Shown: positions 19,861 through 29,023 of the stretch, piece by piece | How positions within the stretch are numbered: the first letter of the stretch is position 1 | How the letters are laid out: each line of letters opens with the position of its first letter | Source of the DNA: a bacterium | Lineage (GTDB): Bacteria; Bacillota; Clostridia; Lachnospirales; Lachnospiraceae | Assembly (NCBI GenBank): GCA_963657995.1 | Contig: CAVKOQ010000001.1 | Location: forward strand, 471 to 64,470 | DNA: 64,000 nt | Direction of reading: 5' to 3' | Notes under the pieces: generated by a model | What the model saw: the letters and a program-made list of their open reading frames with translations, nothing else | Database searches by the model: none | Told to the model about the DNA's origin: nothing | Translations under genes and position numbers: made by a program

Positions 19861-21543
19861 ATGAAGACATTGACAGGAGCAGAGATTGTCATTGAATGCT
19901 TGAAAGAGCAGGGAGTAGACACCGTGTTTGGTTATCCGGGCGGTGCGATCCTCAATATTTATGATGCACTTTACAAACACAAAGATGAAATTACGCATAT
20001 TTTGACCTCTCATGAGCAGGGAGCGTCCCACGCGGCAGATGGCTACGCGAGAGCAACCGGAAAGGTTGGTGTATGTTTAGCTACTTCAGGTCCGGGAGCG
20101 ACAAACCTAGTAACAGGTATCGCTACCGCTAACCTGGATTCCATTCCGATGGTAGCCATCACTTGCAACGTAACCACCGGACTTCTGGGAAAAGACAGTT
20201 TTCAGGAGATCGACATATTAGGTGTTACCATGCCGATCACCAAATACAATTTTATCGTAAAAGATGTCACAAAACTTGCAGATGTCATTCGCCGTGCATT
20301 TGTGATTGCAAAGAGTGGCCGTCCGGGTCCTGTACTTGTGGATATCACTAAGGACGTGACAGCGGCAACATGTGAGTATGAGTTTAAGGAGCCTGTTAAG
20401 GTTGAACGCGAGAGCTCACAGATTCGAGAGGAAGATATTGACAAAGCTGTTGAGATGATCAAGGCATCTAAAAAGCCTTTCATTTTCGTCGGAGGCGGAG
20501 CTGTATTATCAGACGCTGCCAATGAGCTTAGTGCATTTGCACATAAGATTCAGGCACCGGTTGGCGATAGTCTTATGGGAAAAGGTGCATTTGACGGAAC
20601 GGATGTACTGTATACCGGTATGATTGGTATGCACGGAACTAAGACATCCAACCTTGGAGTCGCAGAATGTGACCTTCTGATTGTTGCAGGTGCACGTTTT
20701 AGTGATCGTGTAGTTGGTGATCCGAACCATTTTGCATCAAATGCAAAAATATTGCACATGGACATTGATCCAGCTGAGATTAATAAAAATATTCAGACAG
20801 ATGCAAGCATCATAGGTGACATCAAGCTGATTCTTCGCAAGCTAAATGCACGTCTTGATCCTATGAATCATGATGAGTGGCTCAGTCATATTGAACGCCT
20901 TAAAGATATGTATCCGCTCAGATACAACAAAGACGTTCTTACAGGTCCGTATATCATGGAAGAGATCTACAAAGTGACAGGTGGAGATGCCATTATAAGT
21001 ACTGATGTTGGTCAGCACCAGATGTGGGCAGCGCAGTATTATAAATATAAACGTCCGAGACAGCTTCTGACATCAGGTGGTCTTGGAACCATGGGTTACG
21101 GCCTTGGAGCAGCTATCGGTGCAAAGATGGGATGCAAAGATAAGACCGTTATCAACATTGCTGGGGACGGATGTTTCCGTATGAATATGAATGAGATCGC
21201 AACTGCAACCCGTTACAATATCCCGGTTATCGAGATCGTGTTCAACAACCATGTTCTTGGTATGGTACGCCAGTGGCAGACATTGTTCTACGGCAAACGG
21301 TATTCACAGACAGAACTTTATGATCAGGTGGATTTTGTCAAGGTTGCAGAGGGAATGGGTGCGAAGGCTTACCGTATTACCAAAAAAGAAGATGTGGAGC
21401 CGGTTCTTCGCGAGGCGATCAGCTTAAATATTCCTGTTGTGATCGAGTGCCAGATTGGCAGTGATGATAAAGTATTCCCGATGGTTCCGGCAGGAAAACC
21501 TATAGAAGAAGCGTTTGATGAGATTGACTTACGTATCGAATAG
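19861..21543 (+). CDS. ilvB: acetolactate synthase, large (catalytic) subunit
   Basis: ThDP enzyme with the GYPGGA N-terminal motif and the GDGCFRMNMNEIATA...NN ThDP-binding motif. Confidence 0.9.
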   Translation: MKTLTGAEIVIECLKEQGVDTVFGYPGGAILNIYDALYKHKDEITHILTSHEQGASHAADGYARATGKVGVCLATSGPGATNLVTGIATANLDSIPMVAITCNVTTGLLGKDSFQEIDILGVTMPITKYNFIVKDVTKLADVIRRAFVIAKSGRPGPVLVDITKDVTAATCEYEFKEPVKVERESSQIREEDIDKAVEMIKASKKPFIFVGGGAVLSDAANELSAFAHKIQAPVGDSLMGKGAFDGTDVLYTGMIGMHGTKTSNLGVAECDLLIVAGARFSDRVVGDPNHFASNAKILHMDIDPAEINKNIQTDASIIGDIKLILRKLNARLDPMNHDEWLSHIERLKDMYPLRYNKDVLTGPYIMEEIYKVTGGDAIISTDVGQHQMWAAQYYKYKRPRQLLTSGGLGTMGYGLGAAIGAKMGCKDKTVINIAGDGCFRMNMNEIATATRYNIPVIEIVFNNHVLGMVRQWQTLFYGKRYSQTELYDQVDFVKVAEGMGAKAYRITKKEDVEPVLREAISLNIPVVIECQIGSDDKVFPMVPAGKPIEEAFDEIDLRIE

Positions 21544-21601
21544 ATGTAAGATTGTATCTATTATCGCAATTTTGTTGTTGTGAAAGAGGAGGAGAATTAT
21601 T

Positions 21602-22687
21602 ATGAGCAGAGTCTATAACTTTTCAGCCGGTCCGGCTGTACTTCCGGAGGAGGTGCTGAAAGAAGCAGCCGCAGAGATGATGGATTATCAGGGTAGTGGT
21701 ATGTCTGTTATGGAGATGAGCCACCGCTCAAAGGATTTCCAGGCTATCATTGATGAGGCTGAGAAAGATCTGCGTGAACTTATGCAGATTCCGGACAATT
21801 ATAAGGTATTATTTGTACAGGGTGGTGGCAATATGCAGTTTGCCATGGTGCCGATGAACCTGTTCAAAAACAAGGTAGGTGACTATATCATCACCGGACA
21901 GTGGGCTAAGAAGGCATATCAGGAAGCTAAGCTTTTCGGTACAGCCAATGCGATTGCATCAAGTGCTGACAAAACATTTTCCTATATCCCGGATTGTTCA
22001 GATCTTCCGGTGGATGAAGATGCAGATTATGTGTACATTTGCCTGAACAATACTATTTACGGAACCGTATATCATGAGCTTCCAAATACCAAGGGCAAGA
22101 CACTGGTTGCAGATATCTCCTCCTGTTTCCTGTCAGAGCCGATCGACGTAAGTAAGTTTGGTATTCTTTGGGGTGGTGTTCAGAAAAATGTTGGTCCGGC
22201 AGGTATGGCGATTGTTATCATTCGTGAAGACCTGATCACAGAGGACGTTCTTCCGGGAACACCAACTATGCTGCGCTACAAGACTTATGCAGACAACGAT
22301 TCACTTTACAATACACCGCCTACATACAACATCTATATGTGCGGAAAGGTATTTAAGTGGCTTAAGAAGATGGGCGGCTTAAGTGCCATGAAGGAACGCA
22401 ATGAGAAGAAGGCTAAGATTCTTTATGATTTCCTTGATGAGAGCAAACTCTTTAAGGCTACTGTAGAGAAGAAAGATCGTTCTCTTATGAATGTTCCGTT
22501 CGTTACAGGCGATGCAGATCTGGATGCACTTTTCGTAAAAGAAGCTAAAGAGGCCGGATTTGTAAACTTAAAAGGACATCGTACGGTAGGTGGCATGCGT
22601 GCCAGCATCTACAATGCAATGCCGATCGAAGGCGTTGAAAAATTAGTTGCATTTATGGGTGAATTCGAGAAAAAACATACAAACTAG
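21602..22687 (+). CDS. serC: phosphoserine aminotransferase
   Basis: N-terminus YNFSAGPAVLPEEVL and the class V aminotransferase pattern; 361 aa. Confidence 0.9.
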   Translation: MSRVYNFSAGPAVLPEEVLKEAAAEMMDYQGSGMSVMEMSHRSKDFQAIIDEAEKDLRELMQIPDNYKVLFVQGGGNMQFAMVPMNLFKNKVGDYIITGQWAKKAYQEAKLFGTANAIASSADKTFSYIPDCSDLPVDEDADYVYICLNNTIYGTVYHELPNTKGKTLVADISSCFLSEPIDVSKFGILWGGVQKNVGPAGMAIVIIREDLITEDVLPGTPTMLRYKTYADNDSLYNTPPTYNIYMCGKVFKWLKKMGGLSAMKERNEKKAKILYDFLDESKLFKATVEKKDRSLMNVPFVTGDADLDALFVKEAKEAGFVNLKGHRTVGGMRASIYNAMPIEGVEKLVAFMGEFEKKHTN

Positions 22688-22708
22688 AAAAGAGAGACAA
22701 AATTAATT

Positions 22709-23872
22709 ATGAGAAAGATACATTGCCTGAACCCGATTTCCAAATTGGGAACAGATTTACTTACTGAGAATTATGAGATGACTGACAATCTGGCAGATGC
22801 TGAGGGAATCCTGGTACGTAGTGCTGCCATGCATGATTTAGAGCTTCCGAAGGGACTGCGTGCGGTTGCACGTGCCGGAGCTGGTGTAAATAATATTCCT
22901 CTTGATAAATGTGCTGAGGCCGGTATTGTAGTATTTAATACACCTGGTGCCAATGCAAATGGCGTTAAGGAGCTGGTTTTGGCCGGAATGCTTCTCGGAG
23001 CCAGAGATATCGTAGGAGGTATCGACTGGTGTCAGGAACAGAAGGACAATGAAAACATTTCCAAGGATATGGAAAAGGCTAAAAAGAAATTTGCCGGCCA
23101 TGAGATTCGTGGTAAAAAGCTTGGTGTCATCGGACTTGGAGCCATAGGTGCTGAGGTAGCCAATGCGGCAGCAGCACTGGGAATGGAAGTTTATGGATAT
23201 GATCCTTTTATCTCAGTAAAGGCAGCATGGATGCTTTCAAGAGATGTTAAACACATCACATCAGTTGATACTATCTATCAGGAGTGCGACTATATTACGG
23301 TTCATGTACCGCTGCTTGACAGCACGCGTCAGATGATCAATAAGGAAAGCTTAGGACGCATGAAAGATGGAGTAGTGATCTTAAACTTTGCACGTGATCT
23401 TCTTGTAAATGACGATGACATGGCAGAGGCTCTTGCATCAGGACATGTGAAACGATACATCACAGATTTCCCGAATGCAAAGGTTATGCAGATGCCAAAC
23501 GTTATTGCTACACCGCATCTTGGTGCATCTACAGAGGAATCTGAAGATAACTGTGCAGTTATGGCAGTGAAAGAACTCATGGATTACCTTGACAATGGTA
23601 ATATCAAGAACTCTGTAAACTTCCCAAACTGCGATATGGGAGTATGCACAACTGTAGGACGTATTGCAGTTCTTCACGAGAATGTACCGAACATGATCGG
23701 ACAGATTTCTTCTATTCTTGCATCTACAAATATGAATATTGCAAACATGACTAACAAGAGCCGTGACAAATATGCATATACTCTGGTAGATCTGGAGACA
23801 AAGGCAGATGAAGCTACAATTGAGAAGCTAAAGGCAATTCAGGGTGTTATGCGTGTGCGTGTAATCAAATAA
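22709..23872 (+). CDS. serA: D-3-phosphoglycerate dehydrogenase (short form with C-terminal ACT)
   Basis: NAD motif GVIGLGAIGAEVA, 2-hydroxyacid dehydrogenase catalytic region (TPHLGAST), and a C-terminal ACT-like segment. It lies adjacent to serC. Confidence 0.85.
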   Translation: MRKIHCLNPISKLGTDLLTENYEMTDNLADAEGILVRSAAMHDLELPKGLRAVARAGAGVNNIPLDKCAEAGIVVFNTPGANANGVKELVLAGMLLGARDIVGGIDWCQEQKDNENISKDMEKAKKKFAGHEIRGKKLGVIGLGAIGAEVANAAAALGMEVYGYDPFISVKAAWMLSRDVKHITSVDTIYQECDYITVHVPLLDSTRQMINKESLGRMKDGVVILNFARDLLVNDDDMAEALASGHVKRYITDFPNAKVMQMPNVIATPHLGASTEESEDNCAVMAVKELMDYLDNGNIKNSVNFPNCDMGVCTTVGRIAVLHENVPNMIGQISSILASTNMNIANMTNKSRDKYAYTLVDLETKADEATIEKLKAIQGVMRVRVIK

Positions 23873-23888
23873 AATAATAAAATTTATC

Positions 23889-23934
23889 AAAAAAGAGGCT
23901 GTTTATGTATTAACATAAACAGCTTCTTTTTTAA
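23889..23934 (+). terminator. intrinsic terminator after serA
   Basis: Stem GAGGCTGTTTATG / CATAAACAGCTTC followed by TTTTTT. Confidence 0.75.
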
Positions 23935-24018
23935 GAAAAATTATTTTGACCCTGATTTGAATATATGCTACTATGAATCTATTGAAAACGCATGGACAGC
24001 ATTATGGGGGCTGATATT

Positions 24019-25956
24019 ATGAGGGATTTGGCATATTTGAAGCTGCTTTCACGTGAATATCCTAATATTCGTGCGGCAGCCAGCGATATTATCAATTTGC
24101 AGGCAATCTGCGGACTGCCTAAGGGAACAGAATATTTTTTCAGCGATCTTCATGGAGAACATGAGGCTTTTATCCACCTTCTTCGCAGTTCATCGGGAAT
24201 CATCCGCGAGAAGATTCGTGAGACATTTGGACATATTATATCGGAGGAAGATGAAGTAAAACTTGCCAATCTGATTTACTATCCGGAGAAGATTTTAAAT
24301 CAGGTCAGACAGGCAGGTGAATATACTGAGGATTGGCAGAAGACGGCCGTATACCGTCTGGTGCAGATCTGCCGTGAAGTTTCATCCAAATATACTCGAT
24401 CAAAGGTAAGGAAAAAGATGCCGAAGGAATTCTGCGGTGTTATAGATGAACTTTTATATGTGGACAATACTGACGAAAATAAACAGGTATATTATAGCGA
24501 ACTTATCAATACACTTATCGATGTTCAGGTGGCTGATGGCTTTATCATAGCGATTTGCAGTCTTATCAGAAATCTGACGATTGATAATCTTCATATACTG
24601 GGAGATATATTTGATCGTGGTCCAAGGCCGGATATTATTTTGCAGGAACTTATGAATTTCCACGATGTCGATATCCAGTGGGGAAATCACGATATTTCCT
24701 GGATGGGAGCGGCTACGGGAAATCGTGCATGTATATGTAACGTGCTTCGTATGGCACTCGGATACAATGGATTTGACGTGCTTGAAGATGGCTATGGAAT
24801 AAATCTGCGACCGCTTTCCATGTTTGCGGAACGCATATATCACGATGACCCATGTACATTTTTTATGCCGCAGATCCTGGATAAGAATATTTATGATGCT
24901 GTGGATCCGAAGCTTACAGCAAAGATGCACAAAGCTATCGCTATACTGCAGTACAAGCTTGAGGGACAGATTATAGTACGTCATCCGGAGTATGGCATGG
25001 AAGAGAGAATGCTTCTGTCAGAAATCAATTATGACAGCGGTATGGTTATGATTGACGGAAAAGAATACAAGATGCGTGATATGAACTTCCCGACAGTAGA
25101 TCCGAAAGATCCGCTTAAACTTACAGAGGAAGAGGAGGAACTGATTCGCACGCTTGAGCTTTCATTTCGTCATAATCCGAGGCTGCATGAGCATGTGCGT
25201 TTCCTATATTCCCATGGAAGTATGTATAAATGCTGCAATTCTAACCTCTTATATCATGGATGCATTCCCATGACGGAAGATGGCGAATTTGACGGTCTGA
25301 TGGTAGGCGGAAAGATGTATACAGGCAGAGAACTTATGGATTTTATTGATACTCAGGTCAAAAATGCCTATTTTCTGCCTGAGGAGGCACCTGAAAAAGA
25401 GGCATGCCGTGATTTTATGTGGTATCTTTGGAATGGTGCAAAATCGCCGGTGTTCGGCAAAGATAAAAACCGCAGTTTTGAGCACTATTTCATCAAAGAT
25501 CCGGAAGTTATGAACGAGAAGATGAATCCTTATTATCAGCTAAGTGAAGATGAGGAGATCTGCGATAAGATCTTAAAGGAATTTGGACTCTCAACGAAGG
25601 GCTCACATATCATTAACGGACATATGCCTGTGAAGATTAAAGATGGTGAGACACCTATTAAGGCAGGCGGAAAGCTGTTTATTATAGACGGAGGACTGTC
25701 GAAAGCCTATCAGGAGAGAACGGGAATTGCCGGATATACACTTATTTTTAATTCACATCATCTGGCACTTGCCGAGCATAAACCGTTTGATCCGGAACGC
25801 GAGCGAACGCCAAAGGTTTATATTGCCGAAAAGATGCAAAAACGCATCACTGTGGCGGATACTGACGAGGGAAAAGAGCTTGCAAGGCGTATAGAGGATT
25901 TGAAAGAGCTTTTGAAGGCATACAGAAGCGGAGTTCTAAAAGAACGTATGCGATAA
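24019..25956 (+). CDS. fbp: fructose-1,6-bisphosphatase, class 3
   Basis: Metallophosphoesterase motifs SDLHGEHEAF, GDIFDRGP and WGNHD in a protein of about 645 aa typical of Firmicutes Fbp. The ATG at 24019 was chosen (GGGGG 8 nt upstream). The ORF is open from 23992. Confidence 0.9.
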   Translation: MRDLAYLKLLSREYPNIRAAASDIINLQAICGLPKGTEYFFSDLHGEHEAFIHLLRSSSGIIREKIRETFGHIISEEDEVKLANLIYYPEKILNQVRQAGEYTEDWQKTAVYRLVQICREVSSKYTRSKVRKKMPKEFCGVIDELLYVDNTDENKQVYYSELINTLIDVQVADGFIIAICSLIRNLTIDNLHILGDIFDRGPRPDIILQELMNFHDVDIQWGNHDISWMGAATGNRACICNVLRMALGYNGFDVLEDGYGINLRPLSMFAERIYHDDPCTFFMPQILDKNIYDAVDPKLTAKMHKAIAILQYKLEGQIIVRHPEYGMEERMLLSEINYDSGMVMIDGKEYKMRDMNFPTVDPKDPLKLTEEEEELIRTLELSFRHNPRLHEHVRFLYSHGSMYKCCNSNLLYHGCIPMTEDGEFDGLMVGGKMYTGRELMDFIDTQVKNAYFLPEEAPEKEACRDFMWYLWNGAKSPVFGKDKNRSFEHYFIKDPEVMNEKMNPYYQLSEDEEICDKILKEFGLSTKGSHIINGHMPVKIKDGETPIKAGGKLFIIDGGLSKAYQERTGIAGYTLIFNSHHLALAEHKPFDPERERTPKVYIAEKMQKRITVADTDEGKELARRIEDLKELLKAYRSGVLKERMR

Positions 25957-26006
25957 TTGGCAGGTTACGTTCAGACCGCTATGCAGTTAACAATTAAGGA
26001 GACTAC

Positions 26007-26507
26007 ATGAGAAAGACAGAATTTTTAAGGGAACTTAGAGAATCGCTTGAGGGTGAGGTTTCAGCTTCTATCATTCAGAGTAATGTTAACTACTATGACC
26101 AGTATATCAATGGAGAAACAGCAAATGGCCGTAGCGAAGAAGAAGTGATAGATGAGATCGGAAGCCCGCGACTGATTGCGAAAACCATCATTGACAGCAA
26201 TGAGAATGCGAAAGATGCATTTAAGAATAGTTCATATACAGGCAGTGGAAGCGGCGGCACTGGTTCGAATTCTTCTTACGGTCAGGGCTATGGTAATCGT
26301 GATGAAAGCAACCTTCCACCTTATTTTCATTACATAGATTTAAACAAGTGGTATTGGAAAGTAATCATTACAGTGGCAATAATAGCGGTCCTTTTTGCAC
26401 TTTTTGTACTTATTGGAGGTATATTTACACTTCTTATTAATCTTGCAGGACCGATACTTCTTATATGGCTTATCTATTCAGTTATAAAAAACATATGGAA
26501 GAATTAA
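26007..26507 (+). CDS. DUF1700-like membrane protein
   Basis: N-terminus MRKTEFLRELRESLEGEVS...EEVIDEIGSPRLIAK is typical of DUF1700. It has a G/S-rich linker and two C-terminal TM helices. Confidence 0.6.
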   Translation: MRKTEFLRELRESLEGEVSASIIQSNVNYYDQYINGETANGRSEEEVIDEIGSPRLIAKTIIDSNENAKDAFKNSSYTGSGSGGTGSNSSYGQGYGNRDESNLPPYFHYIDLNKWYWKVIITVAIIAVLFALFVLIGGIFTLLINLAGPILLIWLIYSVIKNIWKN

Positions 26508-26534
26508 TTGAAAGAGATCTACTTAGTAGCTGAC

Positions 26535-26592
26535 CATGAAAAGCCCCCTGCTGCCGGTTGTGAGGGATGACCGGAACAGGGGACTTTTCATG
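26535..26592. terminator. long hairpin between convergent DUF1700 gene and tRNA-Gln
   Basis: CATGAAAAGCCCCCTG pairs with CAGGGGACTTTTCATG (16 bp, one mismatch). An inner CCGG...CCGG stem is present, and T-rich sequence follows on the + strand. Confidence 0.5.
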
Positions 26593-26668
26593 TTTCTCGC
26601 AAACATATGGAGGTTTATTGAGTTGAAAATGCTGTATTATGGAAATTATGAGGAGTCTCCATAATACA

Positions 26669-26710
26669 AAAAAAGCACTTGTAATGCCGTCTTTGGCAAA
26701 CAAATGCTTT
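26669..26710 (-). terminator. intrinsic terminator of tRNA-Gln (bidirectional shape)
   Basis: On the - strand, a stem AAGCATTTGT / ACAAGTGCTT with an inner GCC/GGC is followed by T7, directly after the tRNA 3' end. Confidence 0.7.
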
Positions 26711-26713
26711 TAG

Positions 26714-26786
26714 CTGGGCTACAAGGATTCGAACCTTGAAAATGACGGAGTCAGAGTCCGTTGCCTTACCATTTGGCGATAGCCCA
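26714..26786 (-). tRNA. tRNA-Gln (anticodon CUG)
   Basis: Reverse complement is TGGGCTATCGCCAAATGGTAAGGCAACGGACTCTGACTCCGT...GGTTCGAATCCTTGTAGCCCAG. It has a 7-bp acceptor stem, anticodon stem ACGGA/TCCGT with loop CU-CUG-AC, and a T-loop TTCGAAT. CCA is not encoded. Confidence 0.85.
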
Positions 26787-26804
26787 ATGAATTGAACGAT
26801 TTGT

Positions 26805-26833
26805 ATTATACTGTATATGAGAAGATTCGTCAA
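26805..26833 (-). promoter_or_regulatory. consensus sigma-A promoter for tRNA-Gln (TTGACG-17-TATAAT)
   Basis: On the - strand, TTGACG (26833-26828), a 17-nt spacer, and TATAAT (26810-26805). The -10 ends 18 nt upstream of tRNA position 1. Confidence 0.7.
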
Positions 26834-26869
26834 CTGTTTTTTTAAAATTAAAAAAAACAGTTGACGAAT
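26825..26869. repeat. 19-bp perfect inverted repeat in a divergent promoter region
   Basis: ATTCGTCAACTGTTTTTTT / AAAAAAACAGTTGACGAAT around a 6-7-nt AT centre. Each arm carries a TTGACG hexamer facing outward. Confidence 0.9.
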
Positions 26870-26915
26870 GGGATGCTGTTTATTATTTATGAGAAAAACG
26901 ACATTCAACTCTCAC

Positions 26916-26944
26916 TGGACAACATGTTGTGAATCGGATATAAT
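26916..26944 (+). promoter_or_regulatory. putative sigma-A promoter for the thioesterase gene (TGGACA-17-TATAAT)
   Basis: Hexamers at 26916-26921 and 26939-26944. Confidence 0.5.
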
Positions 26945-26997
26945 GAACCAGATGAGGTTTAGTGAATTGTAGAGTCAGGAAAGGAAATCAGAGCGGG

Positions 26998-27726
26998 ATG
27001 TATACATTTGACAGTCGGATCCGCTACAGTGAGGCGGATGAGTATGGAGATCTTTCCATAGTGGGAATTATGAATTATCTTCAAGATTGTTCGACATTTC
27101 AGTCAGAAGACTTAAAGCTCGGTATTTCCTATCTGAATGAGGAAAAAAGAGCCTGGTGGCTGAGCGAGTGGCAGATCGAGATCCTGAGAAAACCGCATTT
27201 TGGAGAGAGAATCCGCATCTCTACATGGCCATATGGATTTAAAGGAATATACGGTTACAGAAATTTTACGATCGAGGACGAGGCAGGAGCACTGCTTGTC
27301 AAGGCAGATTCTACATGGTTTTACTATGATTTGGAGAAAGGGTGTCCGGTTCGCGTGCCGAAGAGCCAGCTTGACGCATATCATCTGGAAGATAACAAGT
27401 TAGATATGCAGCCAGTTGATAGGAAAATAAGCCTGCCGTATGAGTATGAGGCAGTATCGCCTATTACCGTGGAGAGGCATCATCTGGATACGAACCGCCA
27501 TGTGAATAACGCACAGTATGTGTCGATTGCAACAGAGATACTTCCTGCGAAATTTGCGGTTGGAAGACTCCATGTTCAGTACCGTAAAGCTGCAGTTTTA
27601 GGAGATATCATGTATCCGAAACTTGCAGAGTTACCAAATGGATATATAGTTTCACTTCAGGATGAAAATAACAATATATATGCGAATTTGATGCTTGAAA
27701 AAGATGCTATTACGCATGAACTGTAG
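26998..27726 (+). CDS. acyl-ACP thioesterase
   Basis: The double hotdog pattern (RIRYSEADEYGDLS... in the first half, HHLDTNRHVNNAQY in the second) is typical of FatA/B-like bacterial acyl-ACP thioesterases. The ATG at 26998 is preferred over 26962. Confidence 0.8.
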   Translation: MYTFDSRIRYSEADEYGDLSIVGIMNYLQDCSTFQSEDLKLGISYLNEEKRAWWLSEWQIEILRKPHFGERIRISTWPYGFKGIYGYRNFTIEDEAGALLVKADSTWFYYDLEKGCPVRVPKSQLDAYHLEDNKLDMQPVDRKISLPYEYEAVSPITVERHHLDTNRHVNNAQYVSIATEILPAKFAVGRLHVQYRKAAVLGDIMYPKLAELPNGYIVSLQDENNNIYANLMLEKDAITHEL

Positions 27727-27759
27727 GGGACGTGCATAAGAAAAGAGAGGACGAATGAC

Positions 27760-28593
27760 ATGATTGAACTGGGAAGAGTAGAAGAACTTATAGTGGTAAG
27801 GGAGAAAAACTTCGGTATATATCTGGGGCAGAAGAAGGACGATACAGCCGCAGTTTTACTTCCGAAGAAACAGGTGCCGGAGGGTACAAAAGTAGGCGAT
27901 AAGCTTAAAGTGTTTATTTACAAGGATTCAGAGGATCGTCTGATTGCAACTACATCCATGCCGAAACTTGAGCTGGGAGAAACTGCTGTTTTGAAGGTTA
28001 AGGATGTGTCAAAGATAGGTGCATTTCTTGATATGGGACTTGAGAAGGATTTGCTGCTTCCTTTTAAAGAACAGATATATCCGGTTCAAGCAGGAGAGGA
28101 TTGTCTTGTGGCACTCTATATTGATAAGAGTGGACGATTGGCAGCTACGATGAAGGTATATCCGTATCTTCACAGCGACGCACATTGCAAGAAAGATGAC
28201 TGGACAGAGGGACGCGTCTATGAGATAAACGAAAATCTTGGAATTTTTGTAGCAGTTAAGGATCGTTATTTTGGACTGATTCCTAAACGAGAGATCTTCG
28301 GACAGTGTCGTCTGGGCGAGATCTTAAAAGTGCGTGTCATGAAAGTTCGTGATGACGGAAAACTTGATTTGAGCCTTCGTGAGTTAGCATACCGCCAGAT
28401 GAATGCAGATGCAGAAGCAGTCATAGCCCGTCTTAAAGAGAAAAAGGGAATACTTCCGTTCAATGATCGGGCTGATCCACAGATTATAAAACAGGAGTTC
28501 GGCCTCAGCAAGAACGCATTCAAGAGGGCGATAGGACAGCTTTTAAAAGAAGGAAAAGTAGAGATAGATGATAAATCTATCCGTTTGAAATAG
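27760..28593 (+). CDS. cvfB: S1 RNA-binding domain protein, CvfB/YitL family
   Basis: 277 aa with repeated S1-like segments (GIYLG, GAFLDMG, GIFVAV) and a C-terminal winged-helix-like tail (FGLSKNAFKRAIGQLLKEGKV). Confidence 0.75.
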   Translation: MIELGRVEELIVVREKNFGIYLGQKKDDTAAVLLPKKQVPEGTKVGDKLKVFIYKDSEDRLIATTSMPKLELGETAVLKVKDVSKIGAFLDMGLEKDLLLPFKEQIYPVQAGEDCLVALYIDKSGRLAATMKVYPYLHSDAHCKKDDWTEGRVYEINENLGIFVAVKDRYFGLIPKREIFGQCRLGEILKVRVMKVRDDGKLDLSLRELAYRQMNADAEAVIARLKEKKGILPFNDRADPQIIKQEFGLSKNAFKRAIGQLLKEGKVEIDDKSIRLK

Positions 28594-28635
28594 AAATTTA
28601 TATAAGTACATATTAAAAGACAAGGAGAGACAGAC

Positions 28636-29010
28636 ATGAAGAAAGTAATCAGCACAACTAACGCACCGGCAGCTATCGGACCTTATTCACAGGCAATCGA
28701 AGTAAATGGAATGGTATTTGCATCAGGACAGATTCCTGTTAATCCGGCTACAGGAGAGATTCCAGAAGGTATCGAGAAACAGGCAGAGCAGGTGCTTACC
28801 AATGTAAAGAACCTTCTTGAGGCAGCAGGAGCATCTATGGATCAGGTTGTGAAGACAACAGTATTTATCCAGAATATGGATGATTTTGGAAAAATCAACG
28901 AAATTTATGCGAAATACTTCGAGGGTGCATGCCCGGCACGTTCCTGTGTAGAAGTATCCAAGCTTCCTAAGGGCGTTCTGATGGAGATGGAAGCAATCGC
29001 AGCAAAATAA
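28636..29010 (+). CDS. ridA: RidA family reactive enamine/imine deaminase
   Basis: 124 aa with APAAIGPYSQA, GQIPVNP and a C-terminal PARSCVEVSKLPKGVLMEMEAIA signature of YjgF/RidA. Confidence 0.9.
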   Translation: MKKVISTTNAPAAIGPYSQAIEVNGMVFASGQIPVNPATGEIPEGIEKQAEQVLTNVKNLLEAAGASMDQVVKTTVFIQNMDDFGKINEIYAKYFEGACPARSCVEVSKLPKGVLMEMEAIAAK

Positions 29011-29023
29011 ATTATAAAGAAAT

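Noticed and set aside
26615-26908. 97-aa ORF on the - strand spanning the tRNA-Gln gene
   Set aside because: It overlaps a confident tRNA together with that tRNA's promoter and terminator, so it is spurious.
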